DNA of 64,000 nucleotides from Minisyncoccota bacterium (GCA_022842645.1 JALHPE010000001.1:71711-135710), one strand, 5' to 3'. Shown: positions 29,224-38,719, counted from the stretch's first letter. Notes: generated by a model from the sequence alone, not told the origin. Numbers and translations are program-made.

Positions 29224-30534
29224 TTAAATCTTCCACTGCACGTGCACCTTCTTTGGCGGACGGCGGCGCTGGGCGTGAATCGGGCGCTTGCGGAAACCAG
29301 TGCGTGGGGAGCGAGAATCGCGGGAATCATGAGGGCGTGCGGTGTGCCCAAAGCTTCTGCCGCGACCATATGAAGGACGCGGAGCATCCGAGTGCATAGC
29401 GGCGCGTGGCCCCGGAAGGTCTTGTGGAAGTGGAGAAACGGGCACTGTTTTGCGGATCAGCTTCTCGATGTCGCGCACACCGCCGCGCTCTTGTGGCATG
29501 GCAAATGAAATTGCGTGGCCTTCGGCGCCTGCGCGTGCAGTGCGTCCGATGCGGTGCACATAGTCCGCACTGTCGCTCGGAAGATCGAAGTTCACGACAA
29601 GCTCGATACCTTTCACGTCAATGCCGCGTGAAGCGATGTCGGTTGCGACAAGTACGCGATACGTTCCCTTCTTAAAGCCTTCGAGTGCCGCTTTTCGCTG
29701 AGAGAGTGAGCGATCGCCGTGCAGTTCTGCCACCTGGTGGCCGATGTCTTTAAGGTGCTTCACAATCTTTGATGCACCGTGCTTGGTGCGCGCAAAAACG
29801 AGTGTGGAACCTTTGTACTTTTGGAGCGTTGCCTCAAGAAGTGGCATTTTTTGTTCGCGATGCACGATGAAGAATTCCTGAGAAACTTTTTCTGCTGTCG
29901 TTCCCTGCGGCGCAACTTCAATAGAAACCGGTGTCTTCATGTGCTTCGTCGCAATTTCTGCGATATCGCGCGAGAGTGTTGCAGAGAAGAGCATCGTCTG
30001 GCGCTCATGCGGCACGGTTTCAAGAATGCGCTTAATCTGCGGCTGGAAGCCCATGTCGAGCATGCGATCAGCTTCGTCGAGGACGAGGATCTGCACTTTG
30101 CCGAGGCGAAGTGTGTCTTGCTGGAGGTGATCGATCAGGCGGCCAGGAGTTGCGATCACGATGTCGGGATTGCGACGAACCGCAGCGACTTGCTGGCGCA
30201 TGTTGGCGCCGCCGATAAGCACGGCGGTGCGCATGCCGAGCGCAAAGCCCACTTTTGCAATCGTCTCATCTACTTGAAGTGCGAGCTCGCGCGTGGGAAC
30301 GAGGATGAGTCCTTTCCCCTCTCCGCGATGCAAACGCTCAAGCATCGGAATGCCGAAGGCGAGCGTCTTTCCTGTGCCTGTCTGCGCAATGCCGATCACG
30401 TCGTCGCCTTTTTGCGCGAGCGGAATCGCCTTGTGCTGAATAGGCGTTGGCTCGGTGATGCCGAGCTTTGCTAAAACTGCGAGAATCTCAGGCTTAACGC
30501 CGAGCGTCTCAAATGTCTGTTGTTCTGAATTCAC
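29224..30534 (-). CDS. DEAD-box RNA helicase (RhlE-like)
   Basis: Q motif, AQTGTGKT, PTRELA, DEAD, SAT, HRIGRTAR; GTG start assumed. Confidence 0.95.
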   Translation of the reverse strand: MNSEQQTFETLGVKPEILAVLAKLGITEPTPIQHKAIPLAQKGDDVIGIAQTGTGKTLAFGIPMLERLHRGEGKGLILVPTRELALQVDETIAKVGFALGMRTAVLIGGANMRQQVAAVRRNPDIVIATPGRLIDHLQQDTLRLGKVQILVLDEADRMLDMGFQPQIKRILETVPHERQTMLFSATLSRDIAEIATKHMKTPVSIEVAPQGTTAEKVSQEFFIVHREQKMPLLEATLQKYKGSTLVFARTKHGASKIVKHLKDIGHQVAELHGDRSLSQRKAALEGFKKGTYRVLVATDIASRGIDVKGIELVVNFDLPSDSADYVHRIGRTARAGAEGHAISFAMPQERGGVRDIEKLIRKTVPVSPLPQDLPGPRAAMHSDAPRPSYGRGRSFGHTARPHDSRDSRSPRTGFRKRPIHAQRRRPPKKVHVQWKI

Positions 30535-30544
30535 AAATAATCTG

Positions 30545-30627
30545 CCCAGCACTTAGGTAGGTAATTCCGCGATCATGCACCAACAAAACTTCGGTGCATC
30601 TCTCGACGGGTATGAATGCGTGCTGGG
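30545..30627 (-). promoter_or_regulatory. Structured 5' leader of the helicase gene
   Basis: Outer stem CCCAGCAC/GTGCTGGG, inner stem ATGCACC/GGTGCAT. Confidence 0.45.
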
Positions 30628-30760
30628 AAGCCGCTTCTAGCAAATACGAGAGCGATTTGGTAGTTGCAGGCATCATACCTCATTTTGCTTTGACTTGCAA
30701 GGGTTTGTGGTTTAGAGTCCTGGTAGACAACTCTTTTCAACCGACATAGGAGAGAAAGCC

Positions 30761-31168
30761 GTGCGTCGATTTTTGTCGGACACTTTCGCGATGATCACCT
30801 TTTCGACAGTGGTCGGAATGGCGATAGAAATACTTATCTCGGGAATGACGTTTGGTCAATCAGTTCAGGCTCGCATCACTGCGATTCCTATAAATCTGTT
30901 TACAGCACGACCATACGGAATGTTTCGAGATTGGATGTTCCACAAAACAGGAGCTGAAACGGGATCGGCATTACAAAAAGGAATCGCCGACATTCTGACA
31001 TTTGTCCTTTTTCAGGTTCCAATATATGCCACGGTGCTGTGGTCAACTGGTGCAACTTTGCATCAAATCATGGTCTCATGTGGCACTGTTGCCGTCCTAT
31101 CAGCCTTCACGGGAAGGCCGTACGGACTCTTTCTAGAATTTTCTAGAGAGCTGTTCGATGCAAAGTAA
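30761..31168 (+). CDS. alaE: L-alanine exporter AlaE
   Basis: DTFAM, GMTFGQS..AR, ARPYG..RD, FQVPIY, GRPYG; own TTGACT/TAGAGT promoter and AGGAG SD. Confidence 0.85.
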   Translation: MRRFLSDTFAMITFSTVVGMAIEILISGMTFGQSVQARITAIPINLFTARPYGMFRDWMFHKTGAETGSALQKGIADILTFVLFQVPIYATVLWSTGATLHQIMVSCGTVAVLSAFTGRPYGLFLEFSRELFDAK

Positions 31169-31207
31169 AAAGAGCCGCTTCCTTCGGGCAAGCGGCTCTT
31201 TCGTTTT
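31168..31207. terminator. Bidirectional intrinsic terminator
   Basis: AAAGAGCCGCTT...AAGCGGCTCTTT between convergent alaE and typA. Confidence 0.8.
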
Positions 31208-31208
31208 C

Positions 31209-32999
31209 TTAATTCCCCTCCCTGCGTGCTTTTGCGGCGGCGCTTTCGGTGAGGTGAATCTTTCGGAGGCGGACGTTTTGTGGCGTCACTTCCAAATATT
31301 CATCCTTCTGCATGAGCTCGAGACCGCGTTCGATGGTGAGTTCGTAGGCTGGGACAAGATTAATCGCTTCGTCGGAAGACGATGCGCGGACGTTCGTGAG
31401 GTTCTTCCCCTTTGTCGGGTTCACATACATTTCTTCACCTTTTGAGGTGTCGCCGATTACCTGCCCCTCATACACTTCTGTTGCGGGCGTGATGTAGATA
31501 CGGCCACGATCCTGCAAGTTCCAGAGCGAGAAGCCGAGGGACTTTCCGGTTGCCATGGAAACCATCGAGCCTTGTGCGCGACGTTTGATCTCGCCTGCAA
31601 ATGGCTTGAAGCCAATGACGCGTGCCGCGATGATGCCTTCGCCTTTGGTGTCGATCACAAACTGGTTGCGGTAGCCGAGGAGTCCACGCGTCGGGCCTTC
31701 GAAAACAAGGCGTACTGTCGCTTCATGCACGAGCATGTTGGTCATCTGGAATCCGCGCGTACCAAGCTTTTCAATAACGGCACCTTGATACTCGCTCGGA
31801 ATATCGACGACGACTTCCTCAAACGGCTCTTTTTTCACACCATCTTCCTCGCGCACGATAACCTGCGGCTGGGAAACCTGCATTTCAAAACCTTCGCGAC
31901 GCATGTTTTCAAGAAGAATAGCAACGTGGAGCTCACCACGGCCGGAGACTTGGAAGTTGTCTGGTGATTGAAAATCAACTTTGAGGCCGACGTTGATCTC
32001 GAGCTCTTTCTCAAGGCGCTCACGAAGCTGGCGCGAGGTGACGTACTTCCCTTCGCGGCCGCCAAACGGTGAATTATTCACGAGGAAACTGAGTGTGATC
32101 GTTGGTTCATCGACGGCGATTGCAGGAAGTGCCTCCACATCAGCTGTGGTAGAAACTGTCTCGCCGATTTCGATATCAGGAATGCCGGCAATGATGCAGA
32201 TATCCCCTGGGCCGACTTCAGTTGCTTCGACGCGCTTCAGCCCCGAAAAGGTGAACATCTTGGTTATTTTTCCGCTCCGAGTTTCGCCTGTTGGCTTTTT
32301 TACAAAAACACTTGCGTTGGTCTTGAGCGTTCCTTCGTAGACACGGCACACTGCGAGGCGCCCCAAGAAGTTGTCGTACGCGAGGTTGAAGGGCTGTGCG
32401 CGAAGCGCGACTGAGGCATCGGCATTCGATGCAACAGGCACTTTCTCAAGAATCATGTCGAGAAGTGGAGTTAAATCTTTCCGCTCGTCGTCGAGCTTCT
32501 TCATCGCAACGCCCTCGCGGCCGATTGAATAGATGACGGGAAATTCTGCCTGTTCGTCGGAAGCACCAAGTTCCAAAAAGAGTTCCAAGACCTGATCTTC
32601 CGCACGCGCCGGATCCGCCGCCGGCTTATCTATCTTATTGATGACGACAATCGGCTTGAGGCCTAGCTCGAGCGATTTCTTAAGCACGAAACGCGTCTGC
32701 GGCATTGGGCCTTCTTGTGCGTCGACGACAAGAAGCACGCTATCAATAGAGCGAAGCACGCGCTCCACCTCCGAGCCGAAATCGGCGTGTCCTGGGGTGT
32801 CCACGATATTGATCTTCGTGCCCTTATATTCCACCGCCGCGTTCTTGGCATAGATAGTAATCCCGCGCTCCTGCTCAAGCTTGTTGGAATCCATCGAGAC
32901 CCCCTCCTCCGCAGCACCCGTCTGGCGCAGAAGTGCGTCAGTAAGCGTGGTTTTTCCATGATCCACGTGGGCTATGATTGCAATATTTCGTATTTCCAT
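31209..32999 (-). CDS. typA: Translational GTPase TypA/BipA
   Basis: [40 protein letters not shown]. Confidence 0.97.
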   Translation of the reverse strand: MEIRNIAIIAHVDHGKTTLTDALLRQTGAAEEGVSMDSNKLEQERGITIYAKNAAVEYKGTKINIVDTPGHADFGSEVERVLRSIDSVLLVVDAQEGPMPQTRFVLKKSLELGLKPIVVINKIDKPAADPARAEDQVLELFLELGASDEQAEFPVIYSIGREGVAMKKLDDERKDLTPLLDMILEKVPVASNADASVALRAQPFNLAYDNFLGRLAVCRVYEGTLKTNASVFVKKPTGETRSGKITKMFTFSGLKRVEATEVGPGDICIIAGIPDIEIGETVSTTADVEALPAIAVDEPTITLSFLVNNSPFGGREGKYVTSRQLRERLEKELEINVGLKVDFQSPDNFQVSGRGELHVAILLENMRREGFEMQVSQPQVIVREEDGVKKEPFEEVVVDIPSEYQGAVIEKLGTRGFQMTNMLVHEATVRLVFEGPTRGLLGYRNQFVIDTKGEGIIAARVIGFKPFAGEIKRRAQGSMVSMATGKSLGFSLWNLQDRGRIYITPATEVYEGQVIGDTSKGEEMYVNPTKGKNLTNVRASSSDEAINLVPAYELTIERGLELMQKDEYLEVTPQNVRLRKIHLTESAAAKARREGN

Positions 33000-33064
33000 A
33001 AAATAAAGGCCTCGCGGCCTAAGTTGGACAATAGTAACCCAAATGCGTCAAAAATCAAACCTTG

Positions 33065-33661
33065 TTACTTCTTTCTCGCAATAAAATCAAAAATGTGCCA
33101 ATACTTCTCTCCCCCTCCTGCCAGACGATCTCGTCCCTTCACTTCATTAAAAATTATAATCTCGCATTCTTTCAGCAAATCCTGCGCGTGCTCCCGCGTA
33201 AGAAACGTCATAGTGCCTGAACCGTCATTCCATTCATCACTCATGCCGAAAAACTGACCTGTTATGATGCCGTCTTTCTTGAGAGAGCCTATGATTTTTG
33301 TGAATGTGGAGTCGAATGTTTCAGGTCGATTAAACGGAAGTGAGTACTGAGCATTCACGAGATCGTATGTATCTGGCTCAAAATCGAAATCTTCAAAATT
33401 ACTCACGCGATATGTAAATCTATCTTGCGGGAACGAAGTTGCCCGCTCGCGTACCACTGGATCGCTCTCCAAAGAATCTTTATTGACCGCAGTTACTGAG
33501 GCAAATCCCTGCTCGAGCAAGAACTTAGATTCGTTGAGTGCGCCAGGTCCGAGATCAAGAGCTGCACCTCTTTCTTCGACGTATTTCAACGCCTCAACCA
33601 AAAGTTCCCGTGGCGGTCGTTCTTTTGTCCGCTCGGAGTATCGTTTCCAAAGATTCTCCAT
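33065..33661 (-). CDS. Class I SAM-dependent methyltransferase (TehB-like)
   Basis: ALDLGPG, YDLVNAQYSLPF, KYWHIF. Confidence 0.85.
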   Translation of the reverse strand: MENLWKRYSERTKERPPRELLVEALKYVEERGAALDLGPGALNESKFLLEQGFASVTAVNKDSLESDPVVRERATSFPQDRFTYRVSNFEDFDFEPDTYDLVNAQYSLPFNRPETFDSTFTKIIGSLKKDGIITGQFFGMSDEWNDGSGTMTFLTREHAQDLLKECEIIIFNEVKGRDRLAGGGEKYWHIFDFIARKK

Positions 33662-33665
33662 CGCC

Positions 33666-33697
33666 CAAGCATACCCCTCACCCAGCACATAATCCAC
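33666..33697 (-). repeat. 32-bp direct repeat copy 1 (sigma70-like promoter)
   Basis: 28/32 identical to 35292-35323; minus strand reads TGGATT-17 nt-TATGCT. Confidence 0.8.
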
Positions 33698-33707
33698 CCC
33701 AAACCCC

Positions 33708-33739
33708 GAACGGCTAAAATAGCGCTATTTTAGCCGTTC
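33708..33739. repeat. Perfect 32-bp palindrome
   Basis: GAACGGCTAAAATAGC|GCTATTTTAGCCGTTC. Confidence 0.85.
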
Positions 33740-33852
33740 TCCCAAGCCCCCCTCAGGTCAAACGGCGTTGTTTGACCCGACCCTTACCAAGAACCGATCT
33801 TGGGGAAATGGAAAAAGAATCGACCCCCGGCACATAACCGGAGGTCGAAGAT

Positions 33853-34047
33853 TTAAGGCTTGTCCCAGATATATGCGGCAATTCCCGATAGCACGGCAAC
33901 AACCGCAATGAGTCCGCCCACACCTTCAGCCACTGCCTCACCCGAGTAAATCAAGAGCATACTCAGGGGCAGAACAAGTGCGAGGGCCGCACATGCGAGC
34001 GCCCAAAGACCATATTTAAGTATTGGATCTTGTGTCTGGTTTTGCAT
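33853..34047 (-). CDS. Small 2-TM membrane protein
   Basis: 64 aa with two hydrophobic helices; purine-rich SD upstream. Confidence 0.65.
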   Translation of the reverse strand: MQNQTQDPILKYGLWALACAALALVLPLSMLLIYSGEAVAEGVGGLIAVVAVLSGIAAYIWDKP

Positions 34048-34104
34048 GTTGCACCTACCTTTCTTTGTGCAGGACTTTCTCGATGGTACACGAACACGAC
34101 TTCA

Positions 34105-34632
34105 TCACCAAGCACCAGCACCTCGGAGATACGAACCTGCAATAATTGACACAAGGAATATAAACCCCCAAATGCCAATCATGCAGGTGCTTAGCGTTTG
34201 TATACCCTGTCTGAAGCGTAAGCCACGTACAAGTGGTTCGGTACTTTGTTTTGCGAGGTAATTGTCATCCGCAAATACAAAGACACCGCTTTCAGTGCCA
34301 TACGCCCGCTCTATACTCTCGATGCGTTCAGTGAAGTAATCGATCCACTGATTCGCACGGGAGACAAGTCCCTTGAAAAGTAGATTGGCACCAAACATTA
34401 CAAGCGCAATGAAGGCGATTCCAAAAAGAGTGTTTGCTTTCCCATATTCAAACACCTGGAAGCACCACCCTCCAATCGCGCCGTTCAGAGCCATAAACAC
34501 AATCGCCTTCTGCCAACGCAGGTTTGCCGATTGTGCTCGTGTCGTGCAGAGTCCGATGTACATTGCTCCCGAAGGAACCGGACTACCCTTAGGCGAATCC
34601 GTCTTTTCTGGAACGTTACTTTCTTTAGTCAT
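34105..34632 (-). CDS. 3-TM membrane protein (oligomeric pore/effector-like)
   Basis: RWQKAIVFMALNGAI, TM helix, amphipathic WIDYF..RIESIE, C-terminal TM; GGAAAGGA SD. Confidence 0.7.
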   Translation of the reverse strand: MTKESNVPEKTDSPKGSPVPSGAMYIGLCTTRAQSANLRWQKAIVFMALNGAIGGWCFQVFEYGKANTLFGIAFIALVMFGANLLFKGLVSRANQWIDYFTERIESIERAYGTESGVFVFADDNYLAKQSTEPLVRGLRFRQGIQTLSTCMIGIWGFIFLVSIIAGSYLRGAGAW

Positions 34633-34723
34633 CGCAGGAATTCCTTTCCCTTATTGAGACTAAGGCCACCCTATCACTTCGTGAACAGGAGAACAATTAC
34701 CAAAGATCGACCCCAGAAAAGCA

Positions 34724-34750
34724 AAACCCGGAGCACTTAGCCCCGGGTTT
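34724..34750 (-). terminator. Intrinsic terminator
   Basis: AAACCCGG...CCGGGTTT with a T-rich tail on the minus strand. Confidence 0.6.
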
Positions 34751-34757
34751 CATTGAT

Positions 34758-35267
34758 TTAAGACAGGTCTGGTACTCTGAATTCGTAAATCCAGTCGTGA
34801 GCCAGATAGTTAATGGCGCACCCCATGCGAGTGAGGTATTCATGCTCCGACGACGCGCCTGTCGATCGCTCCCAGCCCGGCAAAAACCACGCGCGAGCAA
34901 AGAGGCGCGACTCGAAGAGTGGTTGGTAGAATTCTGTGAGAATCGGGTGACAATAGCCGTTGCCGTTCACACCCTTCCACTCTGATTCCAAACGAGCTAG
35001 TTGAAACTCATACGGAATCTGATTGAACATCGGTCGCCCTTCTATGAGCAAGAGCTCGATTGCATGATTAAAGAGCAGCGTGTTGTAACCCGGGTGGCCG
35101 AATCCGCCGGTCGTGATGGGGCCGCACACGATTTCAGCCTTACCCTGCATGCCTCGAATTTGATCTTTCGCATGCAGAACTAAATCTTCGTACGTCATGT
35201 CTTTCCCGGCGAGGCCATGTTTCTCAGCCATCCGCCGCACGAAAATGGGTATTACTTTCGTATCCAT
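34758..35267 (-). CDS. DUF4406/nucleoside 2-deoxyribosyltransferase-like protein
   Basis: IVCGPIT, FN.A...L, FNQ, FLPGWERSTGASSE; TAAGGAG SD. Confidence 0.7.
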   Translation of the reverse strand: MDTKVIPIFVRRMAEKHGLAGKDMTYEDLVLHAKDQIRGMQGKAEIVCGPITTGGFGHPGYNTLLFNHAIELLLIEGRPMFNQIPYEFQLARLESEWKGVNGNGYCHPILTEFYQPLFESRLFARAWFLPGWERSTGASSEHEYLTRMGCAINYLAHDWIYEFRVPDLS

Positions 35268-35291
35268 GATGTTCTCCTTATCAACCACGGA

Positions 35292-35323
35292 CAAGCATAC
35301 CCCTCCCCGCACACATAATCCAC
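35292..35323 (-). repeat. 32-bp direct repeat copy 2 (promoter)
   Basis: CAAGCATACCCCTCcccgcaCACATAATCCAC. Confidence 0.8.
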
Positions 35324-35378
35324 TACGGCCTCTGCCATGTGAGCAAGGGTTCCCCTTACTGATTTCACCCAGCCGGCA

Positions 35379-36005
35379 CTACACAAGATAAATCGCAACT
35401 AAGGCGAGAGCCGCCATGCCGAAGTCCTCGATAAGCGTCACATAGGTGAGCGGAACTTTGAGGAATGTACCGAGGCACGCACACTGGAATTCTTCCCCTG
35501 TGGCGATTTTCAATGCGACGCCAACACCACTGAACGTCATGACAACAAACTCAGCCCAGAGAATCCCTACGCTATGGAATCCCGCAAGCATCACGAGCCC
35601 GAACGTAAGTTCAATAAAGGGATAGACGTACCCATACCCAAACCACCGCTGCGCCAGGAGATCGTACGTCGAGTATCCTTCTGCAAAACCCTTTAGATCC
35701 ATCAGCTTGAATCCGGCGAATATAAGAAAGAAGCCGGTCATGAAATAGAAGATGGTGTTCTCGATGAGAAACGTTCCGTGAGAAGCGTCGCGCCATGAGA
35801 GTGTCAGTGTGGCGATAAGAATAAGACCCACAACTACAATGAGCGGTGTGTAGTTGCGCCAGGTGATAGCACCAAGTCCGCGATCGGGCATGTGCGGTCG
35901 CGGCTTCGCCGCGACCGCCCCCTCCGCAACAAGCGCCATGCCGCACTTTGGACATCTCCCCAGCTCTTCTTGGCGTACTTCCGGATGCATCGGACACACG
36001 TACAT
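35379..36005 (-). CDS. Heavy-metal-binding domain plus MauE/DoxX membrane protein
   Basis: YVCPMHPEV..GRCPKCGMAL; CACLGT; LIED. Confidence 0.88.
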   Translation of the reverse strand: MYVCPMHPEVRQEELGRCPKCGMALVAEGAVAAKPRPHMPDRGLGAITWRNYTPLIVVVGLILIATLTLSWRDASHGTFLIENTIFYFMTGFFLIFAGFKLMDLKGFAEGYSTYDLLAQRWFGYGYVYPFIELTFGLVMLAGFHSVGILWAEFVVMTFSGVGVALKIATGEEFQCACLGTFLKVPLTYVTLIEDFGMAALALVAIYLV

Positions 36006-36023
36006 GAAAAAAGTCTACCACGT

Positions 36024-36051
36024 ACAAACGGCGGCTAGCGCCGCCGTTTGT
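36024..36051. other. GC-rich intergenic hairpin
   Basis: ACAAACGGCGGC-tagc-GCCGCCGTTTGT. Confidence 0.7.
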
Positions 36052-36071
36052 CGCCCCTTTGTGCGCCCTCT

Positions 36072-36695
36072 CTAGTACCACGCTACGAGCCAGCTACGCA
36101 TCATCTCGATCTCGCGAGATTGCGAGGTAATGATGTTGTCGGCGAGCGTTTTCATCTCGTCGCGCTCCGTGGAAGCCGCGAGCATCGAGGCCATCATGAC
36201 CGCCATCTCGTGATGCGGAATCATTTGCTGGATGAAGACGCGATCGAATTCCGCGTCGGACGTCGCCTTGAGGTCGTCGAGGTCGCCTGTCATGCCGCCC
36301 ATATGCATCATGCCGCCTCCGCGACCACCCATCCCCATTCCCCCTTCGGGCGGCGCAGAACCGAACCACTCCTTATACCAGCTGGTCATGTCGTTGATCT
36401 CACGCGTCTGTGCTTCGATGATGTCGTTTGCAAGCGATAGCATCTCCGGACGCTTCGAACGCTCGAGTGCCATTTTCGCCATCTCGATTGCACCTTCATG
36501 ATGCGGAATCATCTGCACGATGAAATGCTGGTCAATGCTTTGACCCATCATGGTGCCGTCCGCCATCATGTGCCCGCGCTCTGCGCTACGCGGCTTCGAG
36601 CCATATGTGCTCTCTTCATTGGATTTGAGCGCATACCCGCCACCGAGACCAACGAGGAGCATAACGAGACCGACGATAAGTGTTTTCTGTTCCAT
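36072..36695 (-). CDS. DUF305 (CopM-like) protein
   Basis: Two MIPHH..A..MA repeats; Met/Gly-rich linker. Confidence 0.9.
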   Translation of the reverse strand: MEQKTLIVGLVMLLVGLGGGYALKSNEESTYGSKPRSAERGHMMADGTMMGQSIDQHFIVQMIPHHEGAIEMAKMALERSKRPEMLSLANDIIEAQTREINDMTSWYKEWFGSAPPEGGMGMGGRGGGMMHMGGMTGDLDDLKATSDAEFDRVFIQQMIPHHEMAVMMASMLAASTERDEMKTLADNIITSQSREIEMMRSWLVAWY

Positions 36696-36734
36696 AGTGA
36701 TGTACGTTACGTTGAATAAAAGAAACATCAGTAC

Positions 36735-37091
36735 CTACGGATCTTTTCTATTATGAATACCGCGCGCGAATAACTCTTGAAAGAGCGTGGGGCGAAGTCG
36801 AAACACTGTATAGAGCCGGTACCGCACCTGCTCGTGCGCAAAAAGCGGAAGCGGTGCGCGAACAACAAAGAATACAAAACCAAGAAGGAGGATGACGCTG
36901 CTGAACGTCGACGCGAGCATCGTGTTCCAGAATGACGCATGTTCAACGACGGTGCTCGTGCACATCGTTTCGAAAACCATAAGGGGGCAGCCATGGTGAT
37001 GCGCAGGATGCAGCATGAGGAAATACAAACCGAGAAGGGCGACCATGAGAATCACAAACACCATCCCGAGCGCAACGATTCTTTGAGCCAT
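36735..37091 (-). CDS. Small His/Cys membrane protein upstream of the DUF305 gene
   Basis: TM-HPAHHHGCP..C....H-TM, ends QELFARGIHNRKDP; TATGCT 6 nt upstream. Confidence 0.7.
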   Translation of the reverse strand: MAQRIVALGMVFVILMVALLGLYFLMLHPAHHHGCPLMVFETMCTSTVVEHASFWNTMLASTFSSVILLLGFVFFVVRAPLPLFAHEQVRYRLYTVFRLRPTLFQELFARGIHNRKDP

Positions 37092-37172
37092 AGAGCCAGC
37101 ATACTCCTCGCACATCCACGCGCAAGAAAAGCTCCACTGGCCACAATGGCGCCGATTTGGCCAGTCGGCTTT

Positions 37173-37574
37173 CTAGCGATAGCACGCAAGGAGCGAGGCA
37201 CCTTCGGTGAAGGTTGGTGTTGCGCCGCCTTGAATTTCTGCGAAACGGGCGGCGCCAAGTTTCTCTTGTGCACACGCGATCATAGCTGTAGTAATGGTTA
37301 TCGCATCTGCGTTAATCCCGAGCTTTGTGAGGAGTTCGCGCTGCCCTGCCGAGAGCTGTGTCGTAGGAACAGTGACTGGTTTTTCTTGTGCAGAAGCTGG
37401 TGTGTTAGTCATTTCTTCTTGACCAGCGTCACTGGCTTGCATCGGCACAAAGGATTCTTGAGCGGGAGTTGTCACGCGACTACCGAGCGCAAGATCGGCT
37501 AGAGGAAGGCGCCCCACATACACGCCAGCAGCGAAAGCGGCAAACATGAGAATAAGTATGAGAAATTTTTTCAC
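37173..37574 (-). CDS. Exported hypothetical protein
   Basis: Signal/TM start; C-terminal Cys pair. Confidence 0.75.
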   Translation of the reverse strand: MKKFLILILMFAAFAAGVYVGRLPLADLALGSRVTTPAQESFVPMQASDAGQEEMTNTPASAQEKPVTVPTTQLSAGQRELLTKLGINADAITITTAMIACAQEKLGAARFAEIQGGATPTFTEGASLLACYR

Positions 37575-37602
37575 AGTGTGTGCTTATTGAATAACGGCAC
37601 TC

Positions 37603-38346
37603 TTAGCGGAGCGAGAAGTCGGCACGCACCGTCACCATCACATCTTTCATGCGGCTTTGTGTGTCGTAGGAGCCGTAATCAGAGACATCAATACCACCTT
37701 GGGAGAGTACTTGTACGACTCCCGATGATGCGACACGCAATTCTCCCACCGATCGCCCACTCTCTTTTGCAATCGCTTCAGCGCGTTCGCGCGCGTCCTT
37801 GATAGCACCCGCGAGGAGCTTCACGCGGAGCTCAGGAAGTTTTTGATACGTAAGTTCAAGAGGACCAGATGAGAGTGTGTATCCCGTCCCCGTAAGCGAA
37901 CCCATGTCGTTCGCAAGCGCAGTGAGTTTTTCAATGTCGGCACTATGAATCATTATGGCGCGTGATGCGGAAACACCTGTCTGCACCGGCTCGCCTCCCT
38001 GCGGATAGTAATACGTAGCATTGACTGATGCGATTGGTGTTTCGATCTCGGTAAAGCCCTTGCCTCCGAGCGTGTCGCGGATGGTGGAAACCGCTTTCTC
38101 AAGACGATCGATGGCAATCTGTTCCTCTCCAATACCCGCCCTCGTATCGAGATTCAGACTCCAACGCCCAAAATCTGCTGTAACTGTTTCTTTTGCTGAA
38201 CCAGTCACGGTGATGGTGTCGTCGGCAACTTTAATTCCATATGCGACATATCCGGCAAGCAGCGCGCAGATAATGAATGCGCCGCCAAGGATGGTTGATC
38301 CTGCAACAAGTGGTTCTGTGTAATTGATGAGTCCCCGCATGTTCAT
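37603..38346 (-). CDS. SIMPL (DUF541) domain protein
   Basis: ITVTGSA...V.AD, A..DARERAEAIA...G. Confidence 0.9.
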   Translation of the reverse strand: MNMRGLINYTEPLVAGSTILGGAFIICALLAGYVAYGIKVADDTITVTGSAKETVTADFGRWSLNLDTRAGIGEEQIAIDRLEKAVSTIRDTLGGKGFTEIETPIASVNATYYYPQGGEPVQTGVSASRAIMIHSADIEKLTALANDMGSLTGTGYTLSSGPLELTYQKLPELRVKLLAGAIKDARERAEAIAKESGRSVGELRVASSGVVQVLSQGGIDVSDYGSYDTQSRMKDVMVTVRADFSLR

Positions 38347-38426
38347 ACAACTAGTCTACTACCACATGAAAATGTCGCAAACCACCACACTTTGTGAAGA
38401 ACGTTCAACGTCCCTCGCTCCCTATA

Positions 38427-38458
38427 AAAGACCGCCTGGCATTTAACCGGCGGTCTTT
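38427..38458 (-). terminator. Hairpin / terminator
   Basis: AAAGACCGCC...GGCGGTCTTT. Confidence 0.6.
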
Positions 38459-38473
38459 GTCATTTCCACTACC

Positions 38474-38719
38474 TCAAACGTGCGCGCCTGCACGTGCAAT
38501 CCGCGCACGCGCACACGAAACCCAGAACTGCCGCTTATCGGGCGGACGTTCACTCCACAAACGAGGCGGTCTTTTTTCCCATCGCGCGACGACAGCTTCG
38601 CGAGCCTCGTACAGCCGCATCGCGAACACTTCAATACGTTTATTTTTGGGGACAGGAACTCGTGCGAGTGCCAACTGAATCTCGCATATTGCTTTTGGAT
38701 TGTGTAAGCACTTTATCAT
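38474..38719 (-). CDS. Possible small basic protein
   Basis: 81-aa ORF with GAAGGG upstream and a terminator just downstream. Confidence 0.4.
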   Translation of the reverse strand: MIKCLHNPKAICEIQLALARVPVPKNKRIEVFAMRLYEAREAVVARWEKRPPRLWSERPPDKRQFWVSCARARIARAGAHV

